Shown: piece after piece, positions 24,659 through 37,984 of the stretch
Position numbering within the stretch: position 1 is the stretch's first letter
Layout: each line of letters opens with the position of its first letter
Assembly (NCBI RefSeq): GCF_004010195.1
Contig: NC_057718.1
Span: 65,105,548 to 65,169,547, forward strand
Length of the DNA stretch: 64,000 nucleotides
Origin: Chiloscyllium plagiosum
Taxonomy: Eukaryota
Direction of reading: 5' to 3'
Program-made: the position numbers and the translations under genes
The notes under the pieces: model-generated
Databases searched by the model: none
Seen by the model: the letters and a program-made list of their open reading frames with translations, nothing else
Told to the model about the DNA's origin: nothing

Positions 24659-24724
24659 ATAGTTAAAACAAAAAAATCACACAACACCAGGTTATAGTCC
24701 AACACTGGCTCCTCCACATCATGG
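24659..24724. mobile_element. 66-bp collapsed fold-back PLE remnant
   Basis: Inverted aaatcacacaacaccaggttatagtccaaca fused to 3' tail agtccaacactggctcctccacatca; 12-bp TSD ctttcccaggat 24647-24658 and 24725-24736. Confidence 0.75.
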
Positions 24725-25904
24725 CTTTCCCAGGATGACAGCACTTATCCTCTGAGCACTTTTAGTGCCCTATAAGTCTCGGCAGCCTGCCCAGACTTCT
24801 GATGTGGTTGGTGAGATGGAACAGTTTAAAGCTGAGCCTTCCAGTGAAGCTGTCCTGCACATCAATTGGCAGCTCCCTCACTGGAATCAGTATCATCTCA
24901 TCTGCCTTGCACGGCCTCAGCATAGGAACACCATAGGACAGATATAGCCATGTGAAAGATTGACACTAAGAAAATGCATAAGGATGATGAGATGAATTTT
25001 GTACTTTAATATTGAATGGCTTTCTTGTCAACATCAATTTGAAGTGCTGAATAGGTTTATTTCAGCTTTGTGGTGGCCGAGAGAATGATCATTTGCAAGG
25101 AGGGTTAAAAATGGATCCTGTTGAAGAGTTTGGATCATATTCACCAGTATCACGGTGAGATGAACCAGTCACACAATACTACCTTGCGAAAAAAGATTAA
25201 AAACTTAGGTAGAGGCACCTGTGGCAAGAGCCCATGATGTCTTAATCAGGTTTTCAAATAATTTATGACAATATATCTCAGCCCCATAATACAGAAATAG
25301 AAGAGCACATGTTTGACGACAATATTTTCTGGCCTGCTAACATTAGTGCCAACCGTTTAAATCCAAATAGCTTATTCAGGTTGTTTCCAACATCAAACTA
25401 GCACCTATCAATTAAAAAAAATTGAAGCAGGAGAATTTGCCATGTTTGCTCAGCAGAATCTGGGCGAGTAGACTACTGAAAACACCTAGGGGATTCACCC
25501 ACTGTGTTTTATTTATTCACTTAAGGGACATTCTACCACATTCAGTTCTAGAACATTATAATGAGGCAAAACATTGCACATTATTTATTTAGTCACATTC
25601 CACCTCCCTGTTCTTTTCCATTGTTCATTTACCAACACCGAGGTAACATTCAATTCACATGTTTATTGTTTTCAGTGAATAATCTTGAGGTGATATAGAG
25701 AAACTTCTAATTAACACCTGAAATTTCAGCTACTATTACATTCATGCCCCAGTGCTTAATACAGTATGGAATTTCAACAAAATGCACAAATAGAATATGT
25801 CAGTACTGCTCATAGTGGGAAAATTACAGGTAACTCATACCAACCCACATGATTTATATGCCTCAATGGCATTAAGCAAGTTATTTGCTTAAAATAGAAC
25901 TGAT

Positions 25905-26850
25905 AAATTAAACTGCATTTATTTCAATGTACAAGGCCTAATAGGTAATGCAGATGAACTGAGGGCATGGTTAGGAACATGGGACTAGGATATCATAGCT
26001 TAAGAGATGTGGCTCAGTGATGAACAGGACTGATAGCTTAACATTCCAGGATATAGATGCTAAAGGAAGGATAGAAAGAGGAGTAATAGAAGAGAGGAGA
26101 TGGCATTTTGGTTAGGGATAACATTACAGCTTTACTTAGGAAGAATATTTCAGGAAGTACATCCAGTCAAGTTATTTGGATAGAACTGAGAACTAAGAAA
26201 GGGATGATCACCTTATTGGGATTGTACTATAGATTGTGCTTGCCTTTATTGTTCAGTGTATTGAGTACAGGAGTTGGGAGGTTATGTTGTGGCTGTACAG
26301 GACATTGGTTAGACCACTTTTGGAATACTGTGTTCAATTCTGGTCTCTCTGCTATAAGAAAGATGTTGTTAAACTTGAAAGGGTTCAGAAAAGGTTTACA
26401 AGATGTTGCCAGGGTTGGAGAGTTTGAGCTATAGGGAGAGGCTGAATAGGCTGGGGCTATTTTCCCTGGAGCATCAGAGACTGAGGGGCGACCTTATACA
26501 AGTTTATAACATCACAAGGGGCATGGATAGGGTGAATAGTCAAGGTCTTTACCCCAGGGTAAGGACATCTGAAACTAGAGGGCATAGGTTTAAGGTGAGA
26601 GGGGAAAGATTTAAAAAGGATCTAAGGGGCAACTTTATTCATGCAGGTGGAATGAGTTGCCAGAGGAAGTGGTGACGGGTAGTACAATTGCAATGTTTAA
26701 AAGTCATCTGGATGGGTATATGAATAGGAAGGGTTTAGAGGAATATGAGCGAAATGCTGGCAAATAAGACTAGATTAATTTACGATACCTGGTCAGCATG
26801 GATCAGTTGGACTGAAGGGTTTGTTACCATGCTGTACATCTCTATGAATG
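25905..26850 (+). mobile_element. CR1 with large internal deletion (EN N-term joined to RT C-term and 3'UTR at ~26233)
   Basis: ADELRAWLGTWD, WIELRTKKGMITLLGLYYR then MLAFIVQCIEYRSWEVML..YRTLVRPLLEYCVQFW. Confidence 0.9.
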
Positions 26851-27458
26851 TATATTATATTCTAAAGGCAGATAACTGCATTGAATTGCTGTTCATATGC
26901 AGAAAAATAGAACCGCTGGGAGCTGCCAGAAAAGATTTATTTGGGATGACTATCAATGCTGTCCTTGGAGTGGTTCCATATATTGGAACATAGGAAGAGG
27001 AGGAGCCCACTCAGCCCACTCAGCCCTCGAGCATATTCCACCATTCAAGAGATGATAACTATTCTGTGACCCAATTCCATCTTTACTCCAGTTCCCTTTT
27101 ATACACTTATTCAACAAAAATCTGCTCACCTCAGTCTTGAAATGTTTACAAAGTGGAGATTTATGGTCCCCAGACAGCAGTTTTGAAACTGGGTGGGCTA
27201 AGCTCGTAAAATACACCACACAGCCAGTTCAGTGCTTCATCCCACCCTGTCTGCGGTTTAATAATGGATAGGCCTGGTGGATAGCCGGCAACATTTACTG
27301 AGTGAGCTAGTGTTAGGCAAGAGGATGGAGTTATAGTTCCCTGTGCCCTCTGAAAATGTTCCATACAAGATCTTCCTATGCCTGTATCCTCCTCCCACAG
27401 TTTCTCTCTCAGACCCTGCCTGCCATAGCACTCATCCCCCTTGCAGGGGTCTACCCAA

Positions 27459-27788
27459 CATAGAATCATTCAATTCCTACAGTGTGGAAGTAGGCCATTT
27501 GGCCCATTGAGTCCACAGTAACTCTCCGAACAGCATCCTACCCATACCCATAGCCCTACCCAACCCCTGTAACCCTGCATTTCCATGGCTAATCTACCTA
27601 GCCTACATATCCCTGGACAATATGGGCAATTTTGCATGGCTAATCCACCTATCCTGCACCTCTTTGGACTGTGGGAGGAAACCAGTGCATGCGGAGGAAA
27701 TCCACACAGACAATCGCTAAAAGCTGGAATAGAGCCTGGGTTCTAGGTACTGTGAGGCAACAGTACTAACTACTGAGCCACCATGCCA
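27459..27788 (-). mobile_element. HE1-type SINE (older)
   Basis: Similar to 13872-14191: ctacagtgtggaagtaggcc tail, ggactgtgggaggaaacc core, tRNA head. Confidence 0.85.
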
Positions 27789-30209
27789 AGGTGATAACTT
27801 GCCTCAACCTAGCCACTTTTGAGCCCTACACCTTTGGGGAGAGCTGTAGTCCCAATACTGACCACTGCTCAAACCTGGCACTGCTGAGATTACAGCGTTG
27901 CCAGCCAATCAGATTGAATGGAAACTCTCTATGGCAGGACTTCCTCCTCAGATGAAAGTCTCCCTCTGAGATAATTAATACCCCCCCTGAGCATTTAAGA
28001 AGCTGGTAGTAGCGAGAATGTATCACTATCAATTCTTCGGACAGTAAAGCATTAAAATCCTACCATCTAAATAATGCTGCCCCACATTTCTACTGTGGCC
28101 CAATGCTGGGAAGGCAGTGGCTGCTACTAGTTCTACATCCACACAAGGCCTTGAATTGGGGAAGACCCAAACTACAGGTGAGTTATGGTAGGAGGAAAGG
28201 GTGAGGAAGAAGGGTCATGATGAGGGGTTTAGAGTGGATGCAGTTGGCAGCAAGGGCACAGGTTGGGTCTTAGCAGTCCTCCACCCTGTGTACCACTTCT
28301 GAATGCTGGTTCCCACGATCAGGTACTGAGTGCCTTTAACAGAAGAAATCCAATCATCCACAGGCAAACATGTCAGGGTTTATCTGCTGTGTTCCCTGAG
28401 ACTCCCGCTGCTGCTGGAGGAATACCTGTAAAGCCGGCTTAAACTAAAAATTAAACTGTGTAATAAGGCTGCACTGAAGACATATTAAAAGCTATAAATA
28501 GTATGAAGAACTAAACCCTTAATTGGCCATTATTGCCCACTTAAAGATCTCAATTGGTGGTGGGGTTGGAAAGTACTCCATGGACCTTTCTATTACACAT
28601 TCAACTGGGGTGGAGGTGTCATCACCTGCCACTCTCCACTTGATTAAATGCCCTTGTCAAACTAGCCACAGGGTAGAGCACAAGATTCTACTCTTTATGC
28701 CAGAACATGGGAAGGACCAGCACTGCATTGGACTTGAACGCAGAAGACCCTCTCAAGACCTAACAGGAATAGGTTGGAGACAAGAGCAATACGAGAGCTG
28801 CTCACTCACCAGCAGACAGCAAGCTTGCCTATCCCCGGTACTGAGGAAGCAGTTATGAACAGTAGTGCATTAGTTGTACAACACACAAAACACACTTTAT
28901 GAGGTCCAAAAAAAAGCAGCCACATCCATTCCAACAAAATACATTGGCTGCAAGAAAAGAACTCTGAGCTAATCTCCCTATTGTTAAGCATATTTTAAAT
29001 TGCCGACTAGTCAATGAATTTCCAATTATGGTAAATAATAACATATTCATCACATCAAAACCCTTTACAATAGTAAAGAGCACCATAAATCTGCTCTTGA
29101 TTTTTCTTGTTCCAGTGAAAGTGGTCTTAGTAATTTGGGTCTTCTTATATCTCTAGTTCCTATTGCCCAGCATTCTGCTGGTTAATATACTTCATACTTC
29201 TTCTTGAACACATTACTATATCTTCAAATACAAATGTGATTTTTTTTTGGATTGATATATTGCAGTTGAATGGATTTTCTCTAGACCTATAGCTCAGGGT
29301 GTTACGCAATGCCAATCATGCATGTGCTGCAAGCACATCACTAGCGTCATTCACCTTTAATCTTTGCTGAAGGAATTAAAATCACAGAAGCAAAACGTTA
29401 TGAGAAGCTTGAGGTTCTACTGATATGAGCCAGTGTTCAGATGGCCTGGTGCAATTTCGACCTATTGTGAGTTATGGCAATGTCTGAGAACATCAGTAAA
29501 GATAATCTGACTATTTCCAGCTTTTTATATGCCTTCAATGTAACCTCATTACATAGTTTAATTGTTAGTTATCAGATTGAGTTGCGACTAAATTCATTCC
29601 CTCAGACAAGCACTCCTTATTGTTATTCCACTCTGTCCAACATCAAGAATTTGCACTGACCTTTTGAAATATTAAATTGTCTGGGGGTGCTTCAAACCAG
29701 TAAAGTAAAATTTGACACTGAGCCCACACAGCAATGTTGTGCTATGACCAAAAGCTTGGTCAAAGTGGTAGGTTTTAAAGAATGTGATGAAGAACCATCC
29801 TGGAACAAAGGTGCAAAAATCAAGGGAGTGAATTTGACCATTTAGGTCCTCAGCATCTGAAGGTGCATCTGCCAGAGATAGACTGGTTAAAAGTGAGAAT
29901 GTGGAAGAGGCAGAAATGGAAGCAGCATGTATACTTGAGAGTGAGAGAACTGGCGAGATTAGAGAACTAGGGAGAAACAAAGCCAACAAGTGATTTGAAA
30001 CTAAAGATGTGAATTCTATAAACAAAGCATTACTGAACCGAGGATCAGTTTTGGAGAGTGAGCACAGGGTAAGTGAGTACAGGTTGAAGATGGGGCGTCA
30101 GCCAGGAGTGCATTGGAGTAGTCATGTATAGAGGAACAAAAAACAGGGAAAATGATTTTAGCATCAGATGACCTAAGGATAGAAATAGGCAATAATGTGT
30201 AAATGTAAG

Positions 30210-30431
30210 CATCGACTGTTCTGTTATAATGTGTGTTTCTTCAATGTGAATTGGCTTTTACGCGATTGAAGAATTTAGACCATTATTTGTAGATTGTAAA
30301 CTTTCCTTCCCTGTATTGGGTATAAGGCAATTCCAGCCCCATGAATTTAAATAGCGGAGCTATTGCGTGATTTTGTTATAACGCAAGATCGCATGAGAAC
30401 AGAACTATCGTGTTAAATCAGAACCGACTGT
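30210..30431. mobile_element. Tc1/mariner (Tigger-like) MITE
   Basis: Right end cagaaccgactg with degenerate left counterpart gttctgttataa; CpG-richer than flanks. Confidence 0.45.
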
Positions 30432-31124
30432 GAGCGGTATTAGTGATTGCAGAGTCATGTGGCCTGAAGATCCTCTCATGGTCAAGTATGATGCTGTCTG
30501 GATCAGCTTTAGACATTTAGGAGGGAGAGAAATGGTTTCAGAAGCTAGGGAGAAAACTTGCAGCCTGCATTGCAGATAATAGCTAGCCTAAAATTTAAGA
30601 AATTTCTGCTCAAATTTGATGTCAGAGAAGCAGACTGACAACGTAGATCCAGTAATGGGGGGTAGGGTTGAGAGAGAGATGGTGGTGAAGTGGTGTAATA
30701 GTGTGTGTGTGATGAGTGTACATATAGAAACAGACATGTTTTTGGATAACATCACTGTGGAGCAGCACATCCATGAGTATAGGAGGGATCTAAGGATAGA
30801 TATTTGCTACACCAGAAGTAAGAGTGTGGGAAAGGGAAGAAAAAATATTGGAAGTTGCGTGTTGGCTATAATTATTTAAGAATGGAATCAGAGAGTGCAG
30901 TCCCACGCAACTGGACAGTTTAGAAGAAGATGCCATGGCTAGCCATGTCAAAGGCTGAAGACATATTGAGGGGGCAAGGAGGAATAGTTTACCAAGTCCA
31001 CAGCCACATAGAATGATGTTTATGGCTTTTAAACACAATTTGGTATTCCATCAGGAGTGTAATCTTCTTTGGAATCATTATATATGGTGCTATTGGACTA
31101 ATAGACATGGTTTGGGAAGGCAAC

Positions 31125-31230
31125 AACAAGGAACAAAAACAAATTGGTGGAGGAACTCAATAGGTTAGCCCATATCTGTGGAAAGAAAGCAGATGTAATG
31201 CTTCAAGTCCACTGACCCTTCTTCAGAACA
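31125..31230 (-). mobile_element. PLE pLTR fragment (6105 family)
   Basis: Similar to 6146-6242 arm; minus gtt-ctgaaga-agggtcagtggactt-gaag. Confidence 0.55.
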
Positions 31231-31865
31231 TATTATTAGTCTTTGAAGAGGAAATAAAGTTGAAGATAAGATGATGGCTTACGATGGAAGAGGGGGTCAA
31301 AGGTGTTTTTCTAAGGGATGATTCTGTCAGATTTAAGAGACAACATCTTTGTAGAGAAAACTATCAGCTGACATGGATGACAGGAAGAGAAGTCATCTGG
31401 CCAACAGTTTAATCGGACTAGGTTCCAAGCAGCATGGAATGAAGCTCATGGACAAGATGAGCTTGAGCAGGGCTTGAGAGAAAGTAACAGCAAAACCTGA
31501 CAAAGGCATCCAGAGAAATGTCGGGGTCTGTGTAAACAGCTCAGCCTGGTGGACAAAGAGAAAGGGACAGAGGTAGGTGAACAGATGATCCCTATCCCAG
31601 TGTGAGAGAAATCCATAAATTCCTTTCTATATCATTGAAAGTGTGGGCCAAGGAGGCAGGAGGGAAGAGATTTACATTAAAGAGCAAAAGCCATGTGTTA
31701 ACTTTGCATTCCAGGATGATTCTGCAATAGTGAGGAATGTTTGCAGAAGAGAAACCAGACTTTTTGTAAACTGGCACTGAATGGTGAACTCAGTTGACAG
31801 TCATAAACATTCATGTTCGCATCTCATGTATGTAAAGATGTGGAGTGAGGGTCACACTGAAGAAC

Positions 31866-32217
31866 AGTGGCTTAGTGGTTAGCACTGCTGCTTCACAACA
31901 CAGGGACCTAGGTTTGATTCCACCCTCAGGCAACTGTCTGTGTAGATCTTTGTACATTCTCCCCGTGTCTTGGTGGTTTTTCTCCAGGTGCTTCAGTTTC
32001 CTCCTACAGTCCAATGATATGTAGGTTAGGTGGATTGGTCATGCTAAACTGTCCATAGTATCTAGGGATATGTAGGTTAGGTGGTTTAGCCATGGGAAAT
32101 GCAGGGTTACAGGGATAAGGTAGGGTGTTAGGTCTGGTGGGATGCTCTTCAGAGGTTTGGTGTGAACTTCATGGGCCGAATGGCCTGCTTCTATGCTATA
32201 GGGATTCTATTCTATGA
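31866..32217 (+). mobile_element. HE1-type SINE
   Basis: gtggcttagtggttagcactgctgc head, ggtttgattcc B box, ttctattctatga tail. Confidence 0.88.
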
Positions 32218-33080
32218 AATAACCCGGGTCTGAGCAGAGAATGATTTAAAAGGTAGATAACAAAGGTGGAGATGAGGATATGGCTGAACAAATCAGTAGC
32301 TGTGAAAAGATAATTGGAACCAGAGAGATCGAAAGTGCATTGTAAGTAAATTGAGGGATAAATTTTTGTTGGTGTAGGAAGGAGCATGTTGGGAGAGGTT
32401 TGAGGTATGTGGCAGAAAGCAATGCAATGAAGATTGCTATGATGGAAATAACAAGGCTAAATCTGATGAGAATGCTATAGGGATGGAGACAAATACAATT
32501 TGGGGAATTTATACTGAGGGAGAATTTAATGAAAAAAAAGGAAGACAGTGAAGTCACGGGCAAAAGAACACAGTGAACTGAGTTGTAGTCTGAAATCTTC
32601 GAGGACGAGATAGTAGTCAGTGCAGAAGCTGAACAAAAAAACTCATGAAGTATCTTGGTGAGAAAATGAGCACAGTAGTTGAGTGAGTGATAGCAAATTG
32701 AGATTTGAAATTATTGATTAGCAGGGTGTAACATTCCTTGAAATGTTCAAGGGATGAGAAGGTGTCAGAGGAGCAGGGAATAGGCCAAAGTGTGATTAGT
32801 GACAAGAACCAGAACTCCTTCCTGGCAATTTGGGTGGACCAACCAGTGTAAGTTAGAGTCAAGCAAAGAACCTTTATTAAGGGAGAAGGTTTCATTACCT
32901 TAAGGCAGACCAGGATGTCAATGTACCCAATTGCGATAAAGAAGGCCCTGCCAACCATGAGTTTATGAGTGAATGGATATTACAGAGAAAGATGCAATGA
33001 AGGGCATTTGAGCACTGATCCCTAACAAAGTCCACACAATGTCAGCACTGACAAAGTTAGGTTGAGCAGCAAGAAAAATG

Positions 33081-33273
33081 GGAGAAAGTGAGGACTGCAG
33101 ATGCTGGAGATCAGAGTCAAAAAGTGTAGTGCTGGAAAAACACAGCTGGTCAGGCAGCATCTGAGGAGCAGAAGAGTCAACGTTTCAAGCATTAGCTCTG
33201 ATGAAGACCTTATGCTCGAAACATCGACTCCCCTGCTCCTCGATACAGCCTGACTGGCTGCTACACTTTTCGA
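33081..33273 (-). mobile_element. Short fold-back PLE-derived element with hammerhead remnant
   Basis: Inverted arms around ctgatga..gaaacatcgact (33198-33229); TSD cagcaagaaaa 33067-33077 and 33274-33284. Confidence 0.85.
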
Positions 33274-33370
33274 CAGCAAGAAAAGTGGAACGATTAGTCT
33301 TCAAAAGATTTGCTGGATGAGAGATTCAGCGAGATATAAAAATGGGGCACTTGGAATTGTTGCCTGTGAG

Positions 33371-33699
33371 CACTGACCCTTTGCATGGCTACCAAGAAAG
33401 ATATGGGGAAACTGTTGGCTGTGAAAAAGGTCAGAAAGTTTAGAAATGCTGAATTTTGGGGTAGGGAATTGTGGAGTTTAGGTTTGATTTGCTTTGATTT
33501 GATTTCAACCTAATATCCGGGAACCCCGCACTGCCACTGACCCTTTGCATGGCTACCAAGAAAGATATGGGGGAAACTATTGGCTGTGAAAAAAGTCAGA
33601 AAGTTTAGAAATGCTGAATTTTGGGCTAGGGAATTGTGGAGTTTAGGTTTGATTTGCTTTGATTTGATTTCAACCTCATATCCGGGAACCCCGCGCTGC
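33371..33699. repeat. ~164-bp tandem duplication spanning the PLE 5' junction
   Basis: cactgaccctttgcatggctacc...gggaaccccgc(a/g)ctgc at 33371-33534 and 33535-33699 with a few differences. Confidence 0.95.
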
Positions 33700-35277
33700 C
33701 TGGTTCTACCACCTTCCCAAGATCCACAAGCCTGACCACCCTGGCCGACCCATTGTCTCAGCATGCTCCTGCCCCACTGAACTCATCTCTACCTACCTCA
33801 ACACTGTCCTATCCCCCCTAGTCCAGGCACTCCCCACATACGTTCAGGACACTACCCATGCCCTTCACCTCCTCCAAGACTTCCATTTCCCTGGCCCCTA
33901 ATGCCTCATCTTCACCATGGATATCCAATCCCTCTACACCTCCATCTGCCATGACCTGGGTCTCCAAGTCCTCCGTTTCTTCCTCTCCCGATGTCCCCAA
34001 CAGTACCCTTCCACCAACACTCTCATTCGTTTGGCCAAACTGGTTCTCACCCTTAACAATTTCTCCTTTGAATCCTCCCACTTCCTCCAGACCAAAGGGG
34101 TAGCCATGGGCACCTGTATGGGACCCAGCTATGCCTGTCTCTTTGTGGGCTCCATAGAACAGCCATTTTCCGTAATTACACCGGCACCACTCCCCACCTC
34201 TTTCTCCGCTACATTGATGACTGCATTGGCACCACCTTGTGCTCCCGCAAGGAGGTTAAGCAATTCATCAACTTCACCAACACACTTCACCCTGACCTTA
34301 AATTTACCTGGACCATCTCTGACACCTCCCTCCCCTTCCTGGACCTCTCCATCTCCATCAGTGACGACCGACTTGACACTGACATCTTCTACAAACCCAC
34401 CGACTCCCACAGCTACCTGGATTACACCTCTTCCCACCCTACCTCTTGCAAAAATGCCATCCCGTATCCCCAATTCCTCCGCCTCCGCCGTATCAACTCC
34501 CAGGAGGAGCGGTTCCACCATAGAACACACCAGATGGCCACCTTCTTTAGAGACCGCAATTTCCCTTCCCACCTGGTTAAAGATGCCCTCCAANNNNNNN
34601 NNNNNNNNNNNNNNNNNNNNNNNNNNNNNNNNNNNNNNNNNNNNNNNNNNNNNNNNNNNNNNNNNNNNNNNNNNNNNNNNNNNNNNNNNNNNNNNNNNNN
34701 NNNNNNNNNNNNNNNNNNNNNNNNNNNNNNNNNNNNNNNNNNNNNNNNNNNNNNNNNNNNNNNNNNNNNNNNNNNNNNNNNNNNNNNNNNNNNNNNNNNN
34801 NNNNNNNNNNNNNNNNNNNNNNNNNNNNNNNNNNNNNNNNNNNNNNNNNNNNNNNNNNNNNNNNNNNNNNNNNNNNNNNNNNNNNNNNNNNNNNNNNNNN
34901 NNNNNNNNNNNNNNNNNNNNNNNNNNNNNNNNNNNNNNNNNNNNNNNNNNNNNNNNNNNNNNNNNNNNNNNNNNNNNNNNNNNNNNNNNNNNNNNNNNNN
35001 NNNNNNNNNNNNNNNNNNNNNNNNNNNNNNNNNNNNNNNNNNNNNNNNNNNNNNNNNNNNNNNNNNNNNNNNNNNNNNNNNNNNNNNNNNNNNNNNNNNN
35101 NNNNNNTCATTTATCTCTCCACCCTGCAGGCACTCTGCCTGTATTCCTGATTAAGGGCTTTTGCCCGAAACATCGATTTTCCTGCGCCTCGGATGCTGCC
35201 TGAACTGCTGTGCTTTTTTAGCAAGACTCTAATCTAGAATCTGGTTTCCTGCATCAGCAGTCATTGTTTTTCCTTAC
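33671..35277 (+). mobile_element. Penelope-like (Neptune-type) element: RT region, gap, 3' pLTR
   Basis: LPKIHKPDHPGRPIVS, MDIQSLYT, QTKGVAMGTCMGPSYACLF, RYIDD, LPFLDL, YKPTDSHSYLD; hammerhead-like motif at 35143-35178; (tttga)n on both flanks. Confidence 0.93.
34594..35106. other. Assembly gap (513 N)
   Basis: N run. Confidence 1.
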
Positions 35278-36044
35278 TTGATTTGATTTGATTTGATTTA
35301 TTGTTACATGTATCTTATTACAAAATACAGTGAAAGTTTTGTATAGTGTCATCACTCTCTGGCGGCACAGTAAAATACACCAAAATGTAAAATATAAAGG
35401 CAGAAAAATGAAGGAATAAAGAAAAAATGTTAATCTTTACAGTATTCCATCATGGACCATGGGTTTGGTGGCCAGGCATGAGTTTCCTTCACTGCACTAT
35501 CACCATTGGAATGAAAATTGCTACTTTTATTTGCCATCTTGCCTCCAGTGACACCCTCGCCACTATGAGTTCTTGATGAACCTCGCCAGTGCAGATGCCA
35601 CCATTGCTGCCAGTACTGTATTGGCCCAAACATGACTTCACCACTGCATGACTTTGCTTTAGGCCCACCTTAATAATGCAGCCACTGCTGATGCTGCTGG
35701 GTCTCATACTGGGCCCAAAACTGCCTGTGCCACCATCTCCTTGAACCCACGCTGGACATAGAAACTGTCAGGAACCTCTGTCACAGCAACCATGAGTTGG
35801 TACGAGGACCAACTTGACAATGTAGAAGCTGCTAGCAACCCAAATTCACCTCCAATGCCGTTGAGACAGGTCCACTCAATTTGGCCTAGTCAAGTTCTTG
35901 TTGCTTGGCTCACTTGCTGCTGTGATCAAGCTCTTCACAAGAGGTAAGTAAAATAAAAAAAAAAACAAGTGAAGAGGGAAAAAAAGAAATGAAAAGAAAA
36001 GTATATGGAGCAGACTGGCCAGGGCTCAGAAGCCCTACTCCTCC

Positions 36045-36218
36045 GAGGTAAAAACAATGACTGCAGATGCTGGAAACCAGAATCTAGATTAGGGTGATGC
36101 TGGAAAAGCACAGCAGTTCAGGCAGCAACCGAGAAGCACTAAAATCGACATTTCGGGCAAAAGCCCTTCATCAGGAATACGGACAGAGTGCCTGAAGGGT
36201 GGAGAGATAAATGAGAGG
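36045..36218 (-). mobile_element. 5'-truncated PLE 3' end (same family as 35107-35277) with hammerhead motif at 36143-36178
   Basis: 14-bp TSD agccctactcctcc 36031-36044 and 36219-36232; attc-ctgatga-a-gggc-tttt-gccc-gaaatgtc-gatt. Confidence 0.88.
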
Positions 36219-37984
36219 AGCCCTACTCCTCCTCCCTATGAAAAGAGTAGTGCAGTAGAAATGAAAAGAGGCATGATGACAGCAGAAAGGATTCAAGATG
36301 AAGTAAAGAATAAAGGAGATTTAAGTGGGAAGAAAAAATGGAACTAGGTGAAATTGTTGGGCCAGAGTGACAATTAAAATGCTCAGATGGGTTGAAAGTA
36401 ATGACCTGTCACCTTGCAGCACTGGTCAGTATTCCAGAGTTTACAGGCAGCGGGAAAGACAAGCCAGTTAATCTTCTGCTCAGTTCGTTGATTGACAACA
36501 TTAATAGGAGGATCGAATTACATCTCCACATGAGACATCACGTTTTAGAAATTGTGTTCATATTTATCTGACAGATTGCAGTTGTCACTGTCGAGCAAGA
36601 TGCCTTGATTCCTGAGTAATTGTCTGACTTTTGTCATATCGCACATGTGTTGAGAAACGGGTAAAAAGTTTTGAGTTTGAGTATGTATGCATGAAAACAT
36701 GTTTCCGTAAAGCAAGGAAAACATCTCCTCTGCCATGGAGAATGACAGGTCAAACATGCGGATTAAGAATTTGGCTTGGGCTTTGGGAGGCCACTGATGT
36801 CTGCAGTGCCTCAACCACAGGTCTACAATTTCAGGAGAGAATGGAAGGAAAATACAAAGGGAAGCAGTACAGAAATGGGAGCAAGACAGCTAACAGGCTC
36901 AGGATATTAAAGCTGCAAAGTATTGATGCTACAAATGAATATTACAATTTCCTATTGTGTCGGCATTTGTATTAAAATCTGAATACTAAAATGTATGAAC
37001 AGAAGAAGCTACTGAGGTAAAATCATTGTGCTGTGAAAGCTACTCAGCCTCTTGAGTTTTTTCTGCCCATTTAATTAGATGGTTGATTAGTATCACAACC
37101 TCATTTCACCACTTTTCATCCATATCGCTTGATACTCTTACCTGAGAGGTCAAGTTGGAGGTAGTGAGGACCATAAGGAGTTGTTTTTTCCTTAGGACAG
37201 GAAGAAGATACCAGCCAGCCAACCAAAGTAAACAAGTGTGGATATTGCAGAGAATGTGAACACCCTGGGGAGAGATTGGAAAAGTCCGTCTCGACCATGA
37301 GGGCAAAGATTTCTAGGGCATTTATGCCAATATACCTTTGAAAGAGAGACCATTCTGATGGAGAAATAGAATTGGCAGGAAATAAGTGTGTAATGGTCTT
37401 GACCAATGGGCTGTATGTTCTATCTCCAACTTTACCTGATGTTTATGAGAGGGAAAATTGAGAAAGGATACACAATGATACCCTTATTTCTCATCCCTTG
37501 TTCATCTCCCTCCCAAAGGATCTCCATTTGCTGCTTCCTGCACAGTCGCCAGGTCAGCATTTACCCAGAAGCAACTGGGGCAATCTTTGCAAGAACCACA
37601 CAAGTTCTAAAGCCACAAGTCACAGAGCAGGAGGTCAAGCAGCCTGCCTCCAGTTTAGATGAAGCCATAGTGATTACATCACATAGGAGTAAGAGGAAGT
37701 AAATGCGAAATACTTATTACATGTTTATGAAATTAATTCTGACGACAATGATTGAAACATTTTATTTAGACTCTTCAATCTCCTGGCCTGTTTTACTGCA
37801 TCCTGACATAGCCTTCAACTGAATTGGATGATCTGGTTATATGAAGAGGGATGGAAAACAAGTATGTTCTTTTAAAAATTTAAATTGCTCTGGGACAGAA
37901 GAAAGGGGTATTTCTTTAGGTCTCAGACACTCAGATTTGGTGAGCCATGCTTTGAGGAGGGCACTGTGAGCTTCAATGTCGGTC

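Larger units (their letters stand above)
29660..33340 (-). mobile_element. Ancient L2-like LINE, heavily decayed, with nested insertions
   Basis: L2-like 3' end (FFKTYHFDQAFGH), CFSDIK remains, purine-rich plus strand, EN-like remains near 32450-32950. Confidence 0.5.
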
